64,000 nt of DNA from positions 96,001 through 160,000 of the IMG/VR virus record IMGVR_UViG_3300033067_001757. One strand, 5' to 3'. Source of the DNA: a virus. Its lineage: Duplodnaviria > Caudoviricetes. Both the position numbers and the translations under genes were made by a program. Shown here in pieces: positions 50,155 through 58,684 of the stretch (positions are counted from its first letter, which is position 1; every line of letters starts with the position of its first letter). The notes beneath the pieces are model-generated. The model searched no databases, was not told the origin of the DNA, and saw only the letters and a program-made list of their open reading frames with translations.

Positions 50155-50592
50155 GTGATCAGTAATGCTTTTATATTTCCCGGAGGGTGGGAGTCAGATT
50201 TCTTTTCAGTATCCGATGCCGGATACCTTTACGAAATAGAGATCAAGGTATCTAAGAGTGATTTTAATGATGACTTTAAAAAGAAGTCTAAGCATACTTT
50301 GCTGGAATCTGCTGAGCAGGAACATAATGAATTGAGGCCGAATAAATTTTTTTATGCTGTACCGAGGGGTCTTTTACCCAGTTTCTCGATACCGACTTAT
50401 GCGGGACTGATTGAAGTGAATAACAGGAATGAGCAGGCAGTGGTGATTAAAGAAGCTCCGTTCATTCATCAGACGAAGCTCTTGGAAAAATATAAAACGA
50501 AACTCTTGGATAAGTTCTGCTGGCGCTATAACGATTTATTGATGCGTCACTATGAAGACCAGGACCTTGAATTTGAAGGTGAAGGAAAATAA
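50155..50592 (+). CDS. PD-(D/E)xK nuclease-like protein (MmcB/DUF1052-like)
   Basis: WESDFF...YEIEIKVSKSDF..D..K...PNKFFYAVP. Frame is open upstream to 49975, so the true start is uncertain. Confidence 0.7.
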   Translation: MISNAFIFPGGWESDFFSVSDAGYLYEIEIKVSKSDFNDDFKKKSKHTLLESAEQEHNELRPNKFFYAVPRGLLPSFSIPTYAGLIEVNNRNEQAVVIKEAPFIHQTKLLEKYKTKLLDKFCWRYNDLLMRHYEDQDLEFEGEGK

Positions 50593-51065
50593 TGAAACGA
50601 ATACTCCAGGAAGAAACAAAGTTTTACCGGAAGCTCAACTACTCAGACTTTCGTTACGGAATGAGAGAAGCAATTGCTTTTGCTTTGGTTCCGGATGGTA
50701 ATAGTGATTTGGTTGAGTATTATGGGATGGTGCAGACGGATCCTACAAACGGCTTACATAAACCTCACTGGATATACATTTTGGTCAATCCGTCAACACC
50801 TGGTATATGTAAGATTGGATACACGACACTCACTGTTTACGAACGCGTGAGACAAATAAATTCCGCTACTGGGGTCATAATGCCGTGGTATCCGGTATTT
50901 ATCTACAAGTGTCCGAATGGAAAAATGTTGGAGCGTGATATACATCAGTACCTGGAAAATATCGGACTGAGGATAAATGAAAAGCGCGAAGGATTTAGTA
51001 TTCAGTCAACCGAGGCTATCAAGATAGTAGAAGAATTAGGAAAGAAATATAAGTATAGTACCTAG
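50592..51065 (+). CDS. T5orf172/GIY-YIG-family protein
   Basis: WIYILVNPSTPGICKIGYT...ERVRQINSATGV..P...LERDIH...REGF. Confidence 0.8.
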   Translation: MKRILQEETKFYRKLNYSDFRYGMREAIAFALVPDGNSDLVEYYGMVQTDPTNGLHKPHWIYILVNPSTPGICKIGYTTLTVYERVRQINSATGVIMPWYPVFIYKCPNGKMLERDIHQYLENIGLRINEKREGFSIQSTEAIKIVEELGKKYKYST

Positions 51066-51107
51066 ATACAATAAAATGCTTTTATAATACATAAACACTA
51101 TAATCAA

Positions 51108-51521
51108 ATGAGTAAACTCAAAAAAGTAATCTTCGAATACGAAGACAAAACATTATCAGCATCTGACGTTCAGGCCGAGAAATGGCAGCAGAATTTTACA
51201 GAAATGCTTGGCTGGGCCGATTGTGAGAACAACAATAAGTTTGTCAGTAATCCGGTAGCATTTGAAGTTGGCGAGGTTTCGGATAGCAGCGCCGCGACTG
51301 CAATTGAAATTGAGGAGCTGAAAGAAAAATATATTGCTACTATCGAAAAGTTGCAAGAAGATATTATAGATCAGATTGAAAAATATGAAGCGCTCCAAAA
51401 GAAATTCGATGCATTGGTACAGGAGACAGCCATTATACCACAACAACCAATCCCTGCTGAACCTATAAAGTTATCAGCGACACCGGTACCGGAAAAATTG
51501 CCTGCAGCTAAAAAGAAGTAG
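51108..51521 (+). CDS. Hypothetical coiled-coil protein
   Basis: 137-aa ORF. Confidence 0.6.
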   Translation: MSKLKKVIFEYEDKTLSASDVQAEKWQQNFTEMLGWADCENNNKFVSNPVAFEVGEVSDSSAATAIEIEELKEKYIATIEKLQEDIIDQIEKYEALQKKFDALVQETAIIPQQPIPAEPIKLSATPVPEKLPAAKKK

Positions 51522-51555
51522 ACAAATCAACTCAAAACAAAACAAAATAAAGGTC

Positions 51556-52275
51556 ATGAAAACAGGATACAAAGGTACCGATGAGAATATGTATTGTCGC
51601 GGTGCCAAATACGAAATCGGAGTTGATTACAGGAAACCTGAAAAAGAAAATCCAAGATGCTGTACAGCGGATGGATTTCATTATTGTAACAAACTGGTTG
51701 ATGTATTTTCCAGAAAGAGTAATAACGGTAAGAACAGGTTCTTTGAAATAGAGGTACTTGGAAACTTTACAGATTCAAATAGTGAATCTATAACCACGGC
51801 TTTCAGAATAATACGCGAACTTTCTAAAGAAGAGATTATTAAACATATTATAGAAGATAATCTCATGTTGAGCACAGTAAGGAAGTTACAAAATAATAAT
51901 CCTTACGCTATTGTTGCCGGCAGCGTTTCACTATACCTGCAGGGTATTAAACTAAAAAGATTTTCTGAATCCAAAGCGTCTGATATTGATGTTATTCTTC
52001 CTTTCTTTTCTCTGTTTGAAGGAAGTCAGACCGAAAGCAATTTCGAACGAACTAAACCATCTGACAACGACTTTGACTGTGTAGTAACTGTGGATAGTTG
52101 TAAGATTGATATTATAATTAATCCTAAAGAACCATACTCAATAGTGGAACATGATGGGTTTAATTATAAGGTTGCTCGGATTGAAGAGACGCTGAAAGCT
52201 AAACTGAATTACTCGGCTAAGGGTGGTGAAAAGCATAAAAATGACATCATGGAGATGCTGGGTATAAAAAAATAA
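51556..52275 (+). CDS. Two-domain protein: GYKG..CR...GFHYC phage domain fused to a nucleotidyltransferase-like domain
   Basis: N-terminal GYKG...CRG..YEIG...GFHYC...RFFEIE. C-terminal IVAGSVSL...SDIDV Pol-beta-like motif. Confidence 0.6.
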   Translation: MKTGYKGTDENMYCRGAKYEIGVDYRKPEKENPRCCTADGFHYCNKLVDVFSRKSNNGKNRFFEIEVLGNFTDSNSESITTAFRIIRELSKEEIIKHIIEDNLMLSTVRKLQNNNPYAIVAGSVSLYLQGIKLKRFSESKASDIDVILPFFSLFEGSQTESNFERTKPSDNDFDCVVTVDSCKIDIIINPKEPYSIVEHDGFNYKVARIEETLKAKLNYSAKGGEKHKNDIMEMLGIKK

Positions 52276-52291
52276 AAATACAATATAATCT

Positions 52292-53221
52292 ATGAAACTC
52301 CAGGCAATATCAGTCTGCGTAAACTATTCCGATTTCTTCATACATAGTGTCTTAGAAAATAAGAAGCTGTTTGACAAGTGGGTGGTAGTCACAGATAAAA
52401 ATGATATAAATACAGAACAGCTATGTAAAGATCATGGTCTTGTTTGTGTCAAGACTGACGTATTTTATACCCGTGGCATATTCAATAAGTTTGCCGGGAT
52501 TAATGAAGGTCTGGTAGAAATAGACAATGATGCATGGGTATTGTTTCTCGATGCCGATATGGTGTTACACGAACAGACAAGAAGGGTATTAGATTCTTTA
52601 AACCTGGATGAGACTTTTATCTATGGAATGGATAGACTCAACTGTGATGGTATACAGAGATGGAATGAATTTAAACAGAGCCCTGGGATACTCAAAGATT
52701 ATTGGTTATTACATTCAGCAGGTTTAGAATTTGGTGCCAGACTTGTACATCTGTACGGATACGAAAAAGGTGATGGTAAGTTTGCGGGGTGGGGTCCTTT
52801 AGGATTCTTTCAATTGGCTCACAGATCTCAATTTGAATCATATCCAGAAAATAGTTTAGGCGCGGATCATTGTGATTTACTATTCACCAGGCACTGGCCC
52901 CGGGATAAAAGAATGTTGATACCGGAGTTGTATGCTATTCATCTTGAAAGTGAGAATGCCTATAAAGGTATCAACTGGCGTGGAAGAAAATCAGCACCAT
53001 TTGTTGAGCCTGTCATCATACCTGTTGAAGAATCGGTCGTAGAAGAAATATCTCAAGATGAATCGGTACCGTCTACTGTGGTAAACGAAATACCACCCGT
53101 TATAAAAAAAAAGTTTGCCAGGAGACAAGTTTGTAGATGGTTCAAATTGATAGTAAGATTTTTCAAATATTGGTTTTACACCATTACCGGATGGTTTACC
53201 ATTCATCCACCGAAATATTAA
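52292..53221 (+). CDS. GT-A fold glycosyltransferase (GT2-like)
   Basis: SVCVNYSDF, FNKFAGINEGL, WVLFLDADMV (DxD), GFFQL, D..F. Confidence 0.75.
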   Translation: MKLQAISVCVNYSDFFIHSVLENKKLFDKWVVVTDKNDINTEQLCKDHGLVCVKTDVFYTRGIFNKFAGINEGLVEIDNDAWVLFLDADMVLHEQTRRVLDSLNLDETFIYGMDRLNCDGIQRWNEFKQSPGILKDYWLLHSAGLEFGARLVHLYGYEKGDGKFAGWGPLGFFQLAHRSQFESYPENSLGADHCDLLFTRHWPRDKRMLIPELYAIHLESENAYKGINWRGRKSAPFVEPVIIPVEESVVEEISQDESVPSTVVNEIPPVIKKKFARRQVCRWFKLIVRFFKYWFYTITGWFTIHPPKY

Positions 53222-53264
53222 AAATAAAAGTTATGACATTTGATATTGAAGGATTTAAAATAAA

Positions 53265-53296
53265 TTTGGAGAACTTATTTAAGTTCTATAATTTTG
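53265..53296 (+). promoter_or_regulatory. Bacteroidota sigma70-type promoter with inverted repeat in the spacer
   Basis: TTTG-N20-TAATTTTG; AGAACTT-attt-AAGTTCT at 53270-53287. Confidence 0.75.
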
Positions 53297-53316
53297 TTGT
53301 ATAATAAATAAAGGTT

Positions 53317-53802
53317 ATGGTAATAGCTGTTACGGGACACCGCCCGGACAAACTTGGTCGTGAGTACAACATGAAAGGTCCTTACTCAGAGTATATCTCT
53401 AACGAATTCGATAAGATAATAGAGGCTTATAAACCGGAAGCCGGTATATCCGGAATGGCCTTGGGAGTTGACACCTTGTGGGCCATATCTTGCCTCTACC
53501 ACAATATTCCTCTTATAGCAGCGGTACCATTCGAAGGTCAGGAATCAGCCTGGCCAAAGAGTTCCCAGAGGGTTTACAGACAGATATTAGATCATAATGA
53601 AACCCAAGTAGTGTATGTATGCGAACCAGGTTATGAAGCGTGGAAAATGCAGCGACGCAATGTTTGGATGATCGATCATGGTGATATATTGGTGGCTGTA
53701 TGGGATGGTTCGTCCGGTGGTACCGGGAATTGTGTAAAAGCTGCAGAGAAAGTCAAAAAGGAGATCATCCGTATTGATCCAAGGTTAGCGGTTAAATATT
53801 AA
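53317..53802 (+). CDS. SLOG-family (YspA/DUF1273-like) protein
   Basis: AVTGHRP, SGMALGVD, RRN..MID, AVWDGSSGGT motifs. Confidence 0.85.
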   Translation: MVIAVTGHRPDKLGREYNMKGPYSEYISNEFDKIIEAYKPEAGISGMALGVDTLWAISCLYHNIPLIAAVPFEGQESAWPKSSQRVYRQILDHNETQVVYVCEPGYEAWKMQRRNVWMIDHGDILVAVWDGSSGGTGNCVKAAEKVKKEIIRIDPRLAVKY

Positions 53803-53822
53803 ATAAAACACAAATAAAGGTC

Positions 53823-54641
53823 ATGAACAAACTCGATAAACAAGATTTATCCTTCGCGGTATCACGTCTTCCATCCGAACTGAAAAAGATAATGAAGCTA
53901 CCAGAATGGCAAAATGCCATCTACGTTGGTGGTGGATACATCCGAGCTGTGGTATCTGGAGAAAAGATCAATGACATTGACATCTTTGTTAAGAGTAAGA
54001 AGGATGGAGAGTTACTGGCTTTGAAGCTTGCTGATATCAATAAGGTCAAAGTGCATACATCAGACAATGCTTTTACTGTAAAGACCAGACCGATAGCCAT
54101 CCAGATCATTCACCGCTGGGTCTTCGATAAACCAGAAGACGTTGCAAACAGCTTTGACTTTACTATATGCTGCGGAGTAATATACTTCAATAATAATCAA
54201 TGGAACTCATTCACCGATGAACGATTCTACCAGGATCTCGCTGGTAAGCGTTTGGTCTACCGTCAGCCAATAAGAAATGAAGATAATGGTGGATCACTGC
54301 TCAGGGTCCTGAAATACTACCAGAGAGGCTACCGCATTCCTCTCGATTCACTCGGTGCTGTTATAGCCCGACTCTTGAAAGATATCAAACCAGAAGCAGT
54401 AAACATGACGTGTGAATCTGATGTAGCCAGGGTGATCACAGGATTACTCCGTGTAGTCGATCCGCTTGTCGATCCGACCCATGAAGCTCATCTGCCGGCG
54501 CAGGATGTAACGATGAGTAGTGAAGAAGACCTGCAGCTTCTTGAAGAAGAAATAGTACCGGAACATATCAAAAAAGCTCTGGCTCACTCTAAAACAGAGA
54601 ATGAAATTGTGTATCGAGAACGTAATGAAATCGCAGAATAA
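53823..54641 (+). CDS. Nucleotidyltransferase (poly(A) polymerase/CCA head-like)
   Basis: VGGGYIR...NDIDIF, FDFTIC and RVLKY..RGY motifs. Confidence 0.8.
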   Translation: MNKLDKQDLSFAVSRLPSELKKIMKLPEWQNAIYVGGGYIRAVVSGEKINDIDIFVKSKKDGELLALKLADINKVKVHTSDNAFTVKTRPIAIQIIHRWVFDKPEDVANSFDFTICCGVIYFNNNQWNSFTDERFYQDLAGKRLVYRQPIRNEDNGGSLLRVLKYYQRGYRIPLDSLGAVIARLLKDIKPEAVNMTCESDVARVITGLLRVVDPLVDPTHEAHLPAQDVTMSSEEDLQLLEEEIVPEHIKKALAHSKTENEIVYRERNEIAE

Positions 54642-54664
54642 ACAATAAAAACAAAATAAAGGTT

Positions 54665-55516
54665 ATGATCAAAGACGTATTCGTTTTAAGTAAGAATGCA
54701 TGGCATTCAAAACTCATGAAGTACATATGGAATTTAAACTACAGAGACTTCTCTCACATGTGTCCGTATTTCTGGCTTAGTGTGTTTAATGTTATTGCGT
54801 TTGTTCCGGTATTTATAGGGAAGAGTGTGATAGGTAAAATATTTACATATTCTCGTTCCCGGTTTGGCGATTATTTGGAGAAAAAAGAAAAACAATGGGC
54901 TCTGGATTATATTGAAAAATTGAAAAATGATCCAAAAGAACTTGTAAAATTATCCAGATTATCAACTAAGAAATACAACGATATTTTGTATTATAGGAAT
55001 TTAAATTTCAGTTCACTTGGAAGTAATTTTTGGAAAGAACTTTATCGTCTAAGAGATTCGTATAATGATGAATTGAGTGAAAAATATGAGATAAAATCTT
55101 ATCGTAAGGAAGAAAAAAGTCTGACCAATAAAGAACGAATCAATAAACTACTAAAAGTTGTTAAGCCTATATCAAAGGCCATCCTTTACATAATATCTGC
55201 AGCAGGTTTGTTCGGTGTAGGTATGTTACTAATGTATCTTTTTATTTTACTCGCAGGAATACCTGGTTCAGATTGGTTGAATTTTGCAACCGTAATCGGA
55301 TATTGTATAGTTGCAATAATATGTTTTTTACTTCTTTGCGGTGGAATCTATCTCATTAAAGAACATATCAATGAAAATATTAAGAATGGTTTCGTTACAT
55401 TCTTTTCTACAATAGCGCAATCAATTGGATGGTTAGTTAAAAAAATAATCGGCGCTGTATCATTCCTGGTAATGATGCTTAAAGATAGCTGCCCGGCTAT
55501 AAATTGGAAAGATTAA
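54665..55516 (+). CDS. Membrane protein, hypothetical
   Basis: Several hydrophobic helices; CPYFW and CPAI.W ends. Confidence 0.65.
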   Translation: MIKDVFVLSKNAWHSKLMKYIWNLNYRDFSHMCPYFWLSVFNVIAFVPVFIGKSVIGKIFTYSRSRFGDYLEKKEKQWALDYIEKLKNDPKELVKLSRLSTKKYNDILYYRNLNFSSLGSNFWKELYRLRDSYNDELSEKYEIKSYRKEEKSLTNKERINKLLKVVKPISKAILYIISAAGLFGVGMLLMYLFILLAGIPGSDWLNFATVIGYCIVAIICFLLLCGGIYLIKEHINENIKNGFVTFFSTIAQSIGWLVKKIIGAVSFLVMMLKDSCPAINWKD

Positions 55517-55521
55517 ATTTT

Positions 55522-55722
55522 ATGACACTAAACAGTATAGCAGAATGGTACTTTATCTTAGGTATCATCACAACAATTATCGGAGTATACCGTGGCCTGA
55601 GAAATAAACAGACAGTAGAACCAGATGAACTCACTGTATTCAGTTGGTTTATTCTATGGTGGATATGGTTACCCTGGCTCGGGTACCGGTTGTTTGTGAC
55701 TAAAATTTTAAAGAAAGCTTGA
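55522..55722 (+). CDS. Small membrane protein
   Basis: Two hydrophobic segments; ATG at 55522. Confidence 0.55.
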   Translation: MTLNSIAEWYFILGIITTIIGVYRGLRNKQTVEPDELTVFSWFILWWIWLPWLGYRLFVTKILKKA

Positions 55723-55723
55723 T

Positions 55724-56011
55724 ATGAAAAAGTACTTAGCTTATCGCGATGTTGACCCTGAAGGTGACGCCTGGTCTGAAAACAGTTTCCTGTTTCAAAA
55801 CGAAGAAGATGTTGCAAACTTCTTTAAAGAAGATAATCCGGACCTGATTGACATTTATACAGACGAGGATGACCGGCAAATATTCAATTTTGAAGTTACA
55901 AAAAGTAACAGTGGACGAATAAGCTGTGTATCATTCAATACTCAGTATGCAGGTGAGGTAATGATTGTTGAAATGTATGGAGGGTATTTGATAAAACGAA
56001 TTAATTTATGA
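55724..56011 (+). CDS. Hypothetical acidic protein
   Basis: 95-aa ORF in operon. Confidence 0.55.
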   Translation: MKKYLAYRDVDPEGDAWSENSFLFQNEEDVANFFKEDNPDLIDIYTDEDDRQIFNFEVTKSNSGRISCVSFNTQYAGEVMIVEMYGGYLIKRINL

Positions 56012-56337
56012 GCACAGTAACAGTAAACGGACGAACATTCGTGCATAACGGAAGTATTTCAATATCCAATGGAAAGATTATCGTTAATGGTAAAGATGTC
56101 ACACCGGAATCTAAAAATATAAACATCATTGTAAACGGGAATATTGATCACATAAAGGTTGATAGTTGTGATCATGTAACTGTTACCGGCAACGCAGAAA
56201 GCGTTGAAACAATGAGTGGTGACATCAATATCAACGGTGATGTGAATGGATTTGTAAAATCTATGTCCGGAGATATAAAATGTGGTCATGTATCCGGTAA
56301 AGTTTCTACAATGTCTGGAGACATAAAGAATAAATAA
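56008..56337 (+). CDS. Beta-solenoid protein (DUF4097-like repeats)
   Basis: Three V.(T/S)MSGDI repeats. Confidence 0.65.
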   Translation: MSTVTVNGRTFVHNGSISISNGKIIVNGKDVTPESKNINIIVNGNIDHIKVDSCDHVTVTGNAESVETMSGDININGDVNGFVKSMSGDIKCGHVSGKVSTMSGDIKNK

Positions 56338-56338
56338 T

Positions 56339-56701
56339 ATGACGTTCAACTCAATAATAAGTTACTTACCATCAAGCCGGGATAGAACATACGTTACGAT
56401 AGATCAAATCGAGGAAGAGTTTCCAGATTTCATCGACAAAATAGAAGAAATTTATACCGATTCAGATTATAGTTCAGTTTCTAAGAATATCGCCAAAGGA
56501 GTATGTAGTCAGCTTGAAATATGGGAGAATATATCCTGGAAACAGTTCGATATGATCATGAATATGTATAAGACTCCACCGAGAAGGAATAAAAGAGGTT
56601 CAAGTTCTAATAGATCGTTTGGGTGGGATTTCCCTACTGGCAATGAAAAAATGGAAGATTATGTTCATTTCGGTATAAACTTTAAAGGATTGAGTATATA
56701 A
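56339..56701 (+). CDS. Hypothetical protein
   Basis: 120-aa ORF in operon. Confidence 0.55.
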   Translation: MTFNSIISYLPSSRDRTYVTIDQIEEEFPDFIDKIEEIYTDSDYSSVSKNIAKGVCSQLEIWENISWKQFDMIMNMYKTPPRRNKRGSSSNRSFGWDFPTGNEKMEDYVHFGINFKGLSI

Positions 56702-56712
56702 TCGACCTGATT

Positions 56713-56883
56713 ATGAGCAGAAAAGATGATGTTTTCTTTAGTTTTCCATCAATAATATTCACAAAATGTACCAATACGCTCACAAAAGAGGCTAAAAAGA
56801 CCTTCAAATGTGAGTGGGATAAGTACTATACCGTAACATTTGCCTGGCTGTTTTGGGCCTATACAATAGAATATACACCGTAA
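56713..56883 (+). CDS. Small hypothetical protein (56 aa, not in ORF track)
   Basis: Hand translation MSRKDDVFFSFPSIIF...FAWLFWAYTIEYTP fills the operon gap. Confidence 0.5.
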   Translation: MSRKDDVFFSFPSIIFTKCTNTLTKEAKKTFKCEWDKYYTVTFAWLFWAYTIEYTP

Positions 56884-56893
56884 AACTTTTAAT

Positions 56894-57130
56894 ATGTCAC
56901 CAATATTTTTTTATTTTCTCGGATTTATAATTTCTTATGTCTCAGGTAAGCTATTAAGAAATTACACTAAAGAAAACGAATGGGAAGATGTACGTATGAC
57001 GCTTTTATTAGCAATATTCAGTTGGGTAGGATTTATATGTATTTTACTAGCATCGATCGCGATACTGTTACAACCTGTATTAAAAAAGTTCCGCATTAAA
57101 TATTCAGATAAACCACCAAAATGGTTATGA
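56894..57130 (+). CDS. Small membrane protein
   Basis: Two TM helices; ends KPPKWL. Confidence 0.6.
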   Translation: MSPIFFYFLGFIISYVSGKLLRNYTKENEWEDVRMTLLLAIFSWVGFICILLASIAILLQPVLKKFRIKYSDKPPKWL

Positions 57131-57540
57131 CCAACGCCCACCTATTTCTCGATGATGTTCGTATGCCAATTGATGTAGAGAAGTACATTAATCCGGTAGA
57201 ATTAAGACCACTTTACCGGTTAAAGCCGTGGATTATAGTAAGAAACTATCGGGAATTTACTGAATATATAAAAAAGAATGGTCTACCAGGTACTATTTCA
57301 TTTGACCACGACCTGGGCGAAGATGAGGCTGAAAGTATGGTTTCTGAAGGTATATCCAAGAGAAAGGCCCGGGAACACAAGAAAACAGTTAAATCCGGAT
57401 ACGATTGTGCTAAGTGGCTTGTAGATTATGTTATTGAGAACGAATTAATACTACCAGACATCTTATGTCATAGTATGAATCCGGTAGGTAAGGAAAATAT
57501 CCTGATGTTATTTGAAAATTATAAACGATTTATGATATGA
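57127..57540 (+). CDS. Cyclic-phosphate-processing receiver-domain protein
   Basis: LFLDDVR.P, VRNY.EF, ISFDHDLG, GYDCAKWL and HSMNPVG..NI motifs. Confidence 0.8.
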   Translation: MTNAHLFLDDVRMPIDVEKYINPVELRPLYRLKPWIIVRNYREFTEYIKKNGLPGTISFDHDLGEDEAESMVSEGISKRKAREHKKTVKSGYDCAKWLVDYVIENELILPDILCHSMNPVGKENILMLFENYKRFMI

Positions 57541-57570
57541 CTGTCCGTTTTTAAGATCCAATACCCAGGA

Positions 57571-57600
57571 GCCCGGTGGAACATTCCATCCGGGTTTTTT
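57571..57600 (+). terminator. Intrinsic terminator between convergent genes
   Basis: GCCCGG-TGGA-acat-TCCA-t-CCGGGT followed by a T run. Confidence 0.75.
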
Positions 57601-57601
57601 A

Positions 57602-57985
57602 CTACCACGCCCTGCAGGACCAGTATCTTGCTTTAGTACGCGGTCCCGGATCTTTACAGTTATGTCTGGCCCTGAATGAAGCTCTTCGTTCCGGGTTGTT
57701 CTTTTTAATATTCATTCCCTTCTGACCAAAGTTGACTTTTACAACTTTACCAGTAGCAGGGTTCTTTACATATACCTTAAACTTTTTTACATCACCCTGC
57801 ATACGTTTACCTAATTGTACAGTATGTCCCTGGTATTCAGCTTCCAACAATGACGGATCAGTAATTTCTTTTAATTGTTGCTTATACTCCTTTATAAACT
57901 CGGTGAACTCTTGTATGTCATAAATATTTTCAAGATCATATTCATCGATACCGTCATCCTTTTTGTTCGAACATTGGCTACTCAT
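57602..57985 (-). CDS. Small basic phage protein (KVNFG...SFRARH.C...YWSC..W family), late gene
   Basis: Conserved C-terminal motif; acidic leader ending LLE; late motif at 58000-58009. Confidence 0.7.
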   Translation of the reverse strand: MSSQCSNKKDDGIDEYDLENIYDIQEFTEFIKEYKQQLKEITDPSLLEAEYQGHTVQLGKRMQGDVKKFKVYVKNPATGKVVKVNFGQKGMNIKKNNPERRASFRARHNCKDPGPRTKARYWSCRAW

Positions 57986-58585
57986 ATTAATATTTTGTAT
58001 ATAAATATGGCTGGTGTCCGTTACGGACTTTAGTTGTATATACAAATATCTATTAGACTGGTATGATCTGCAGGGTTTTCTTCTACACTAATTTTGCCGG
58101 ACAGAATTTTTTCTGAAAACAGAATTTCCATTCAGAGAACTTCTGTACACGAATTTACCCCATTTTAAGCCCCATACGGGCCTGTTTTTGTTTATTGATA
58201 TGAATGTACCGGAGCTTTGCTTTGCGGTCAATGGTGCCGGGATAACGCTTAAATGGACACAATGTCCATATTATTGTCCAGGTACGGTGATGGAAATATC
58301 TGTCATTAAGTCGTTACTTTAGGGTTAATGAATGAATAAGCCGTCATTATCTAACTTATTGATATATACGTATATATTGAAGGGTTACCGTGGAACGGGC
58401 GGTGAAGTGTAAACGAACCTGCCCACTCCCCTACCTGGTTAAAGTTTTGTTAAGGTACAATAATTAACACTTTTTTTAGAAATAAAATAGTAAAGAAAAA
58501 TTTTAACATTTCATTTGAAAATAATTTATTATAGAACTTTTGAGATACCTAGTAAGATTTCATTAACAAATTTTTAACAGTTAAC

Positions 58586-58618
58586 TTTGTTCGGCTATCA
58601 AATAAAGTTCTACATTGC
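58586..58618 (+). promoter_or_regulatory. Host-type early promoter
   Basis: TTTG-N21-TACATTGC, with AAGTTC immediately before the -7 element as in the other rightward promoters. Confidence 0.6.
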
Positions 58619-58639
58619 ACTATCAAATTTTATTAACCG

Positions 58640-58669
58640 TTCTGCATCTCACAACAATAAGATGCAGGA
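58640..58669 (+). promoter_or_regulatory. 5'-UTR hairpin with CACAACAATA loop
   Basis: 10-bp stem TTCTGCATCT/AGATGCAGGA. Confidence 0.7.
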
Positions 58670-58684
58670 CACAAAACAAAAGTT

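Noticed and set aside
53233-53304. 23-codon ORF with AAAAGTT-ATG context
   Set aside because: It fully overlaps the promoter and inverted repeat, and is too short to support as a gene.
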